A DNA stretch of 11,771 nt from Chlamydiia bacterium (GTDB lineage Bacteria; Chlamydiota; Chlamydiia; Chlamydiales; JBMOFD01). The stretch is from positions 1-11,771 of the forward strand of contig JBMOFD010000061.1 in NCBI GenBank assembly GCA_049314435.1. The letters run 5' to 3'. This document shows positions 1 through 6,259 of the stretch, one piece after another. A program made the translations under genes and the position numbers. The stretch's first letter is position 1. Each line of letters begins with the position of its first letter. The notes below the pieces were generated by a model. The model searched no databases. It saw nothing but the letters and a program-made list of their open reading frames with translations, and was not told where the DNA came from.

Positions 1-249
1 TCGACCAGGCCCGTCAGTTTCCCTCGCTGAGCTAAGTGAAGAAGCACTGGTTGAAGGGGTCACGCGATTGGACAATGAGGTGCCCGAAGAAGGGCTGCTT
101 TGCCCACCGGACGACGCTGCTGCGTTCGCTTGGGAAAAGGCCACCGTCGTGACCAGCGGAGAAAATGACGGTGCTGTCTCCACTCCAGGAGCGCTCGATC
201 TCGCCCCAAGGGCAACATTAATCGCTGTATTTTGATTGTTAGAGCTCAT
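1..249 (-). CDS. Hypothetical protein, 5' part only (runs off the window); Ser/Thr/Pro-rich low-complexity N-terminus, candidate type III-secreted effector
   Basis: Not in the ORF track because it has no stop in the window. Manual translation from the minus-strand ATG at 249 gives 83 codons with no stop: MSSNNQNTAINVALGARSSAPGVETAPSFSPLVTTVAFSQANAAASSGGQSSPSSGTSLSNRVTPSTSASSLSSARETDGPGR. GGTGAGG lies just upstream and an AT-rich promoter region precedes it. Confidence 0.7.
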   Translation of the reverse strand, partial: MSSNNQNTAINVALGARSSAPGVETAPSFSPLVTTVAFSQANAAASSGGQSSPSSGTSLSNRVTPSTSASSLSSARETDGPGR

Positions 250-260
250 CGCCTCACCGA

Positions 261-330
261 TCTAAAACTATAATCATTTTAACATGGTTAAATTAATTAT
301 TAGTTAATTTTAGAGACTTAGATGATCAAT
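261..330. promoter_or_regulatory. AT-rich divergent promoter region with an imperfect palindrome
   Basis: Very AT-rich island in a GC-rich background, between divergent genes. The minus strand has an extended -10-like TGnTAAAAT and a TATAGT. Dyad TTTAAC-atg-GTTAAA at 278-292 extends imperfectly to 266-305. Confidence 0.55.
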
Positions 331-490
331 GGGAGAAAGAGTGCTCCCCTCCATGGAGAGCGGGCGCCATGATCCTCCGGCAAGGAGGGGTCATGGCAAT
401 CGCAAGAGGTCCGTCCAACAAGAGCAACTTGCCCGGTTCTTGCGCCTATTACGAGACCCTCTCATCATGCGACTCTCGCTCTATTGGAGG
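331..490 (+). ncRNA. Candidate structured RNA / cis-regulatory leader at the 5' end of menE (family not recognised)
   Basis: Manual pairing gives: closing stem 348-353/485-490 plus 357-364/475-482; 13-bp hairpin 366-378/384-397 with loop GGCAA; stem 405-414/451-462; hairpin 419-425/436-442. Three G-U wobbles favour the plus strand. The segment may partly overlap the menE coding start. Confidence 0.35.
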
Positions 491-1808
491 CGCTGTGCAT
501 ACCACGGAGCAAAACGTCGAGAACGATGTCTGGACGGCGGCTGAGCTAGGCCATAGGATCTCCGGCTACAGAAGCCTATGGGCTCCCCATGCTGGGCAAT
601 CGGTAGCGCTCTCTGTCCAACGAGACCTGCCCAGCGCCGCGGCTCTTCTGGCTCTTCTATCGCTTGGGTGTCATGTTCTGATTCCTCCTCGCAGGCATCC
701 GGAGTTGGCGTGTCATCTTCTCTCTCTAACGCCGACGCACCTAACGCCAGAATATGTCACCACTGCAGCTTCTACTCTCAAGACGGAGCACTCGACCATC
801 GATCTCTCTGGATCGATCGAGTTAGCGACGTCTGGATCGAGTGGGCACCCCAAGACCGTCCTACTTCGTGCCGAGGCTCTGCTTCACTCAGCCCGCAGTG
901 TAGCGCGCTACTGGCCCCATCCATCGACCCGAATAGGTCTCTCGCTGCCGCTGGATCATGTGGCCGGTATTGGGTTACTTCTTCGTGCGTGGTGGTCGGA
1001 GTCGACCCTAGTTTGTCCATCCGTCCCCTCCCTGGACGAGTGGCAGCGTCTGCGGCCGAGTCATTGGAGTGTTGTCCCCTCCCAGATCCTGCGTTGGCGG
1101 CTGACGGACGAAGAGCGACTGTTAGAAACGTTGAGGGCATCAGCGTGTGTGATGCTCGGAGGTGCGCCTGCTAGCCAAGCCCTCGTGGCTTGGTGCGAGC
1201 AGCATCAACTAGCGATCATGCAGACCTATGCGATGACAGAGATGGGCTCTACGGTAGGATGCACACCTCTTGGAGAACCCGGGGCGGCGTTCTTTCCTTT
1301 ACCCCACTGCCAGGCAGAGATCCGTGATGGTCAGATCTATACCAAGGGCTCCAGTATCGCTGACTCTGTTCGTCGAGGTGGGATCCTAGCCCCTCTCCCC
1401 TTGCAGGACGGTTGGTTTGCCACCAAGGATTTTGGGCGTCGAGATGGTGTTACTTTCCGCTGGGAGGGCCGTGTGGACCGTTTGATCAACAGTGGCGGCG
1501 AGAAGATTCATCCCGAATATCTCGAAGCATGGCTTGTCGATCGAGGGGCTATCCAGGCCACGGTGATTGAGGTGCCCCATCCGATCTGGGGATCCAGACC
1601 TGTAGCTTACTGCTATCGCCTCCCGAAGGATGAGGCATCTCTACGTCTGGCCATACGAGCGGAGTTAGGACCGCTCTATGTGCCTGAGCGCATCTTACCC
1701 GCTCCTCTATCCATACAAGGACAGATGAAGTGGTCGATTCGAGATCTCTTAGAAGATTGGGAAGGAAGGAAGGCTCTCTCCCTTAGGAGAGAGCCGCCTT
1801 CGAGGTGA
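393..1808 (+). CDS. menE: o-succinylbenzoate-CoA ligase (AMP-binding/ANL superfamily), menaquinone biosynthesis
   Basis: ANL motifs: P-loop TSGSSGHPK, LSLPLDHVAG, YAMTEMGS, WFATKDFG, GRVDRLINSGGEKIHPE, WGSRPVA. The short N-terminus and the SGGE/WG.RPVA motifs are typical of MenE. The start is uncertain: ATG 369, ATG 393 (after AAGGAGG) or GTG 495 (after GGAGG) are all in frame. Confidence 0.8.
   Translation: MAIARGPSNKSNLPGSCAYYETLSSCDSRSIGGAVHTTEQNVENDVWTAAELGHRISGYRSLWAPHAGQSVALSVQRDLPSAAALLALLSLGCHVLIPPRRHPELACHLLSLTPTHLTPEYVTTAASTLKTEHSTIDLSGSIELATSGSSGHPKTVLLRAEALLHSARSVARYWPHPSTRIGLSLPLDHVAGIGLLLRAWWSESTLVCPSVPSLDEWQRLRPSHWSVVPSQILRWRLTDEERLLETLRASACVMLGGAPASQALVAWCEQHQLAIMQTYAMTEMGSTVGCTPLGEPGAAFFPLPHCQAEIRDGQIYTKGSSIADSVRRGGILAPLPLQDGWFATKDFGRRDGVTFRWEGRVDRLINSGGEKIHPEYLEAWLVDRGAIQATVIEVPHPIWGSRPVAYCYRLPKDEASLRLAIRAELGPLYVPERILPAPLSIQGQMKWSIRDLLEDWEGRKALSLRREPPSR
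1772..1795 (-). terminator. Probable intrinsic terminator for the minus-strand Inc-like genes, lying within the last codons of menE
   Basis: Perfect 10-bp inverted repeat GGCTCTCTCC-ctta-GGAGAGAGCC. On the minus strand it is followed by the pyrimidine tract TTCCTTCCTTCCC, about 50 nt downstream of the stop at 1847. Confidence 0.5.
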
Positions 1809-1846
1809 CGGCGATCATGCACATAGGATGCGCCGCTGTGTTGGTC

Positions 1847-2545
1847 CTAAGACGAGGATGTACCCGTCATAGCTTGAGGCTCTACCTGCAGATTTTGTAA
1901 CCGCTCTTTTAGACCCTCGAACCGCGTTTTTTCTTGGGGAGCACAGTCCTGCACTTCTAGTCGGCCCACGACGGCTAACAGTTTCTCTTTCACGATTCTA
2001 ACCTCGAATCGAGTAGTTGTTTGCGCTTCGACAGGCTCACCATCCAAGTGCAATACTTGCTCACAATTCTGGATAATTTGCTCAAACTGACCCAAGGCAT
2101 CATCAAGCGACGCAACAGGACGGACCTTAAGCTGGTTCATTAACTCGACCACCTTACCGGCCGCTGCCGCGGGGTTCTTAGACTGTCTGGGCGCTTGAGA
2201 CACTACGGGCCGGACCACGTTATCCTTCGGAAAAGGATGACTCACCCGATGCTGATTATGCTGCCTTCGGCGTATGCCGCTTAGAACCACATCAGGCCTC
2301 GGCAATTCCTGCTCCTTGGACGCAGGCTTCGGTTTACACTCCTTCATTACGAAGAAGGCAAAGATGGCCAGCACAGCCAAGCCAATCGGTGGCAGCGAGA
2401 GACCCATCGCAACGTAGGAGGCGACGGCTCCTAAGGCGCTAGCCATGCTGAGTGCACCGAAGAAGACGCCCAGCTTTGGTCTGGAAATTTGAGGCTCTTG
2501 TCCTGCCTGGAGTGGTAGGCTTCCCAACGAACCAGGAATACTCAT
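1847..2545 (-). CDS. Inc-like (inclusion membrane protein-like) protein, paralog 1, ~232 aa
   Basis: N-terminal ~43-aa uncharged bilobed hydrophobic segment (LGVFFGALSMASALGAVASYVAMGLSLPPIGLAVLAIFAFFVM), no Sec signal, then a low-complexity linker and an amphipathic helical C-terminus. ATG 2545 chosen because GAGGTG lies 7 nt upstream (alternatives 2548, 2560). Confidence 0.7.
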   Translation of the reverse strand: MSIPGSLGSLPLQAGQEPQISRPKLGVFFGALSMASALGAVASYVAMGLSLPPIGLAVLAIFAFFVMKECKPKPASKEQELPRPDVVLSGIRRRQHNQHRVSHPFPKDNVVRPVVSQAPRQSKNPAAAAGKVVELMNQLKVRPVASLDDALGQFEQIIQNCEQVLHLDGEPVEAQTTTRFEVRIVKEKLLAVVGRLEVQDCAPQEKTRFEGLKERLQNLQVEPQAMTGTSSS

Positions 2546-2584
2546 CATAACACACCTCATCTGTTACTCAAGAAATCTATCTAC

Positions 2585-2592
2585 GCAGTATA
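2585..2592 (-). promoter_or_regulatory. Candidate -10 element (TATACT-GC) for Inc-like paralog 1
   Basis: TATACT at 2592-2587 in an AT-rich intergenic stretch about 40 nt upstream of the start. No convincing -35 at 17-bp spacing. Confidence 0.3.
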
Positions 2593-2720
2593 GCGCGACC
2601 ACTATTAAAATAGTTTTCACACAGAAACGTGACTAACTAATATTACAGAATCCCACTCATGGTTGGGGCGGGCCGTTGCAATGCACTCTCACAACCACCC
2701 CCGAAGCTTCCGATGTATGC

Positions 2721-3452
2721 TCAAGACACAACACCTGAAGGTCTATTTACCGAGGCGAGGAGCAACTCTAGCAGAGGCACAACCTCCGTCATTAAGGTAG
2801 CCATTTGGGATCTCTGCTGGTCTGTCAACCCAGCAGAACGATACAGCGCTACGAGATCCAGGAGCTTCTGAAGGATCTGGGTAAGGCTTTTTCGAGTCTT
2901 TTCCCGGCAATTCTCTGTGCTCTGTTCGGCGAAGGTGATTGCTCTCTTAGACACTTGAATGAGCTCTGCTATCTTCGGCAGCATGGCATCGAGGGGCCCC
3001 TTTGCGGCCTGAATTTCCATGAACAGCAGGTTTGCCGTCGTTGTTTCCCTCACTGCATCGAACGCAGCCTGCTGCTGCGGCGTAAGCTGGAACCCGTGCA
3101 CGTTGTTCGCCGCTGGAGGAGCTTGCGGCGGCCTCTCTGCATGCGCGTTGCTGCGGACTTCGACCGCTGGGACCGGTTGTGGTTCAACCGCGCGTGGGTC
3201 AACCGCTTCTGGCCGACGAACTTCCTGCGCCGGCACCCGTCGCTGACAGGCATCCACGGCACGGAAAGCGTAGTAGGCGAGGATCCCCAAACCCAATGTC
3301 GTCAGGGGGAGGTCCAGGAAGATAGCGATGACGGCTCCGATGGAACTAGCGAAGCCGATTGCGGCGCATATAGACGCTATCCTGCTGGCTGCACTTGTTG
3401 GCTCTTGGTGAGCCGCAGGAGGTGGGGCTATGACATGGTCATTGACGCGCAT
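2721..3452 (-). CDS. Inc-like protein, paralog 2, ~243 aa
   Basis: Bilobed hydrophobic segment IASICAAIGFASSIGAVIAIFLDLPLTTLGLGILAYYAF, a Pro/Gln-rich linker and a helical C-terminus alignable to paralog 1. ATG 3452 (MRVNDHV) follows GAGG and lies 13 nt after the upstream gene's stop. The longer ORF start at 3551 overlaps that gene. Confidence 0.72.
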   Translation of the reverse strand: MRVNDHVIAPPPAAHQEPTSAASRIASICAAIGFASSIGAVIAIFLDLPLTTLGLGILAYYAFRAVDACQRRVPAQEVRRPEAVDPRAVEPQPVPAVEVRSNAHAERPPQAPPAANNVHGFQLTPQQQAAFDAVRETTTANLLFMEIQAAKGPLDAMLPKIAELIQVSKRAITFAEQSTENCREKTRKSLTQILQKLLDLVALYRSAGLTDQQRSQMATLMTEVVPLLELLLASVNRPSGVVS

Positions 3453-3465
3453 TGCATTCCTCGTT

Positions 3466-3729
3466 TTACAGGGACATTCTGCGCACTGGTTGCTGCGGTG
3501 GATTCGGTCTATGGGCCTCTTCCGGAGCTCCGCGAGCCGAGAAAGCGACATACACCAGACAACCCAACACCACGACCGGCATCAGACTCAGGAGATCTTG
3601 GGATACAACGACGTAACTCAGAGCGATCATAAGAGCCGGCAGCGCGCAGCTAACACTCTGACCAGTCCTGGGAAACTCTTCGTGAACTGCAGGAGGCGGC
3701 CCTCTGACATGGTCTTCGATACGGCGCAT
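3466..3729 (-). CDS. Short Inc-like protein, paralog 3, ~87 aa (lacks the helical C-terminal domain)
   Basis: N-terminus MRRIEDHVRGPPPAVHEE aligns with paralog 2 MRVNDHVIAPPPAAHQE in both protein and DNA (gaccatgtca, cctcctgc, tcac.aagag). The start context is also shared (GGgATGCgATG vs GGaATGCaATG). A two-lobed hydrophobic segment follows. Confidence 0.62.
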   Translation of the reverse strand: MRRIEDHVRGPPPAVHEEFPRTGQSVSCALPALMIALSYVVVSQDLLSLMPVVVLGCLVYVAFSARGAPEEAHRPNPPQQPVRRMSL

Positions 3730-3796
3730 CGCATCCCTTATTGTATGCGACATCTTGCATCTTGCGTGTTAAGAGCGCAATAACACTCCAACAAGC

Positions 3797-3941
3797 CGTC
3801 GTTCTGTTGCGGTCTGAGGAGCCCCGCGAACAGCGACGCCCATCGGCCGTCATCAGAGCGGATCGTCATACCGAGAAATCGACCAAGTGGGCATTCTGTT
3901 GAATCCCACGAGAGGGAGCGAAGCTCCTGCTCTATGGAGCA
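3797..3941 (+). other. Hairpin-dense intergenic segment upstream of maf (possible sRNA or structured leader)
   Basis: Consecutive stem-loops: 3797-3838 (14 bp with bulges), CGA-GAAA-TCG 3872-3881, 3887-3909, GGAGC-GAA-GCTCC 3915-3927, TGCTC-tatg-GAGCA 3928-3941. Confidence 0.25.
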
Positions 3942-3965
3942 TCTGGCAAGCGTACGGGGGTCGAG

Positions 3966-4577
3966 GTGGAAGAGAGACGCAATCAAGAGACCTGGCCATT
4001 ACTCCTTGGATCGGGATCTCCACGTCGACGCGAGATTCTTGGCTTCTTTCGGATCCCATTCCAAGTAGTTTCCAGTGACTTCCCTGAGGAGACGATTCCC
4101 TGGGGTGGGGATCCATCAGAGTACGTTCTCCAGTTGGCCTGCGCCAAGGCCAACCATCTAGCCGCTGCATGGCCTCACCACACTTTGCTCTGTGCCGACA
4201 CGGCTGTATTTGTAGATGGCGAGGTTCTGAATAAGCCCACATCTCCCGCTGAGGCCCATGCGATGTTACGTCGGCTGGCGGGACGCGAGCATCAAGTCTG
4301 GACCGGAGTCTGCCTACGTCGTGGCCACAAGGAGCACAAAGCCGCACAGCAAACCAGAGTGTGGGTGCGAGATCTCTCCGATCGAGAGATCTCGCTCTAC
4401 CAGTCAGGTCTGCACACCCTGGATAAGGCAGGTGGGTATGCGGTCCAAGGGGCCGGAGGCATCATCATCGAGCGCATCGACGGGTGCTTTTACAATGTGA
4501 TGGGGATGCCACTGCGCGCCACAGAAACGCTGTTGACACAGGCGGGGATCGATTTATGGCAATATCTAGGCTCTTAG
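3966..4577 (+). CDS. maf: Maf family nucleoside triphosphate pyrophosphatase (YhdE-like, dTTP/UTP)
   Basis: Maf signature motifs: LLLGSGSPRRREIL, LA.AKA, ADTAV, LNKP, H.V.TGV, DKAGGYAVQG, NVMGMP. GTG start; an in-frame stop at 3900 limits any upstream extension. Confidence 0.95.
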   Translation: MEERRNQETWPLLLGSGSPRRREILGFFRIPFQVVSSDFPEETIPWGGDPSEYVLQLACAKANHLAAAWPHHTLLCADTAVFVDGEVLNKPTSPAEAHAMLRRLAGREHQVWTGVCLRRGHKEHKAAQQTRVWVRDLSDREISLYQSGLHTLDKAGGYAVQGAGGIIIERIDGCFYNVMGMPLRATETLLTQAGIDLWQYLGS

Positions 4578-6256
4578 CGCTCCTGCTCCTCGCCGGATGT
4601 AGTACCGTCCCGCGTGGAGAGCTGCCCGAGTGGGCAGCCGTGGCACACAAAACCGATATCCTAGGACCAGCGACCTCGTCATCGCGCGCCTTATGGCTGG
4701 CCTCGCATGGTGAATGGGGTTCCGCTCTCCAACTATGTGAAGAGGGCGTGGAAAGCGGCTCGCTCGATCTGCGCGAGCTCGAGCAGCTGGGCGTCCTTCT
4801 CCTGCAGCAGGGTCTAAAAGGCTCGCAAGAGGAACAACTCCTGACGTTGATCGGCGCAGGCATTGCTCAGAACCTGGCCGTCCGTAGCATCCTCGAAGAG
4901 GCGTGTAGCTCGGGCCACCCCATGGTGCAGCTCCACGCTCTGACCGCTTTGGCCTCAGATGGCGACGATGAGATCGATCCCTTCCTCATTCGAGCCATGG
5001 GCTCCCCCTGGATCCCCGTGCGACTCACAGCGGCTCACTTGTTGGCTTCGAAGAGATCCCCAGCCGTGATTGAGCAGGTGGAGGCGATGTACTACAAATT
5101 GCCGCACGAAGTACGCCCCTACCTGGCGCCCCTCCTTGCTCAGGTCAATACGTCAGAAGCGATCACGCTGCTCATACGCCTTGCTCAAGACCAGAGGGCC
5201 ATGGTACGTATCGCAGCGGTCCACTCGTTGGCACAAGCCCATCGAGATGATGAGGCGCTACGCATCCTAGCCATGATGCAGCAGGACCAGGGCGCGGAAG
5301 CAGAGGCCTGCGCCTATGCGCTAGGTCATCTCCATGACACACGAGCTCTTCCGCACCTCCACCGCCTACTGAATAGCGGTGAACTCACAACCAGGATCGC
5401 CGCCGCCCAAGCCCTCTGGTCGTTTGGAGATGAAGAGGCCCTCAAGGCACTCCTGTGGGAAGCCAGAGGTGGACACCCGTTTGCTGTCATGGCCTTGGAT
5501 CATATTAAAGAGGGCATCCCTGTCTTGGTCGACCTGTTGGACGATCCACGCCGCTTCGTGCAGATCAACGCGGCCCTAGCCCTTCTGCAACACCGAGACC
5601 GTCGTGCCCTGCCTGTCATCGAGCACTGGCTCACCTCCGACCCTCACGTGATGCCCCTCGTCCCGGCTCACAGCCCAGGGGGAGCCCTGCAAGCCTACGG
5701 CTCTCGTTCCCTGACTGAGGAAGAGTTCCCTGTAGCTTTGATGATACGTCAGCGGGTGCTCAGTCAATGCATCGAGTTGCCGGAGGAGGACTTCTTGCGC
5801 CTGGCTGCACGTCTGTATGCCGAACAGTCGATTGAGCTCATCCCTCTCCTGACACGTCTTTTGGAGAACCTACAGACTCCAGCGGCGCTAGAACTCTTGC
5901 ATCAGGAGCGCCAGCGCACCGGCGGCCCCCTCTCAAGGGCCTATGCCACGCTTGCGTTGTATCGCTTGAACGAGCCAGGCCCCTGGGAGGAGTCTTTGAT
6001 GCGCTGGCTGGAAGAGCACCACAAGACCGAATTGATTCAGCTACAACCGGAAGCTCCCTGGGATCCTGAGAATCTCGATGCAGCGCGCTACAGTCTCTCC
6101 ACCCAGCAAACGAGCCAGCTCTTCATTGAAACCCTCGAGGCTCTCGCGCAGCACCCTAGCGGTCGTGGACGAGGTTTGATCCTGCGCGTCATTCGCCAAG
6201 GCCATCCTCGCAATCGATTCGTCTTAGCGGGGATCCTTATGAGGATGTCTCTCTAA
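4556..6256 (+). CDS. HEAT-repeat lipoprotein, 566 aa (resembles the conserved chlamydial gene between maf and lptD)
   Basis: ATG 4556 gives a lipoprotein signal MAISRLLALLLLAG-C (lipobox LAGC) and overlaps the maf 3' end. Repeated HEAT/PBS-lyase-like units: PVRLTAAHLLA, MVRIAAVHSLA, CAYALGHL, TRIAAAQALW, VQINAALALL, RAYATLALY. Confidence 0.85.
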   Translation: MAISRLLALLLLAGCSTVPRGELPEWAAVAHKTDILGPATSSSRALWLASHGEWGSALQLCEEGVESGSLDLRELEQLGVLLLQQGLKGSQEEQLLTLIGAGIAQNLAVRSILEEACSSGHPMVQLHALTALASDGDDEIDPFLIRAMGSPWIPVRLTAAHLLASKRSPAVIEQVEAMYYKLPHEVRPYLAPLLAQVNTSEAITLLIRLAQDQRAMVRIAAVHSLAQAHRDDEALRILAMMQQDQGAEAEACAYALGHLHDTRALPHLHRLLNSGELTTRIAAAQALWSFGDEEALKALLWEARGGHPFAVMALDHIKEGIPVLVDLLDDPRRFVQINAALALLQHRDRRALPVIEHWLTSDPHVMPLVPAHSPGGALQAYGSRSLTEEEFPVALMIRQRVLSQCIELPEEDFLRLAARLYAEQSIELIPLLTRLLENLQTPAALELLHQERQRTGGPLSRAYATLALYRLNEPGPWEESLMRWLEEHHKTELIQLQPEAPWDPENLDAARYSLSTQQTSQLFIETLEALAQHPSGRGRGLILRVIRQGHPRNRFVLAGILMRMSL

Positions 6257-6259
6257 GCC

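Noticed and set aside
353..385. Resemblance to the SAM-I riboswitch 5' half (GGAGAG...ATGA...CCGGCAA)
   Set aside because: The P2b/pseudoknot pairing does not form, and the 3' GGTGC.AA.TCC and AGAT elements are absent.
578..1174. 198-aa alternative-frame ORF, and similar ORFs at 3853-4347, 6935-7432 and 10451-10912
   Set aside because: They overlap well-supported genes; long shadow ORFs are expected at this GC content.
2805..3632. 275-aa plus-strand ORF
   Set aside because: Antisense shadow of the Inc-like genes; Arg-rich with no recognisable motif, while the minus strand has paralogy and RBS support.
3813..3860. Hammerhead-like cores (CTGAGGA...GAA on plus; CTGATGA on minus)
   Set aside because: No GAAA at the required position, and stems I-III cannot be built around either core.
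3738..3986. 82-aa minus-strand ORF between the Inc cluster and maf
   Set aside because: It overlaps the maf start head-to-head and has no clear RBS or recognisable features. Not excluded, but unsupported.
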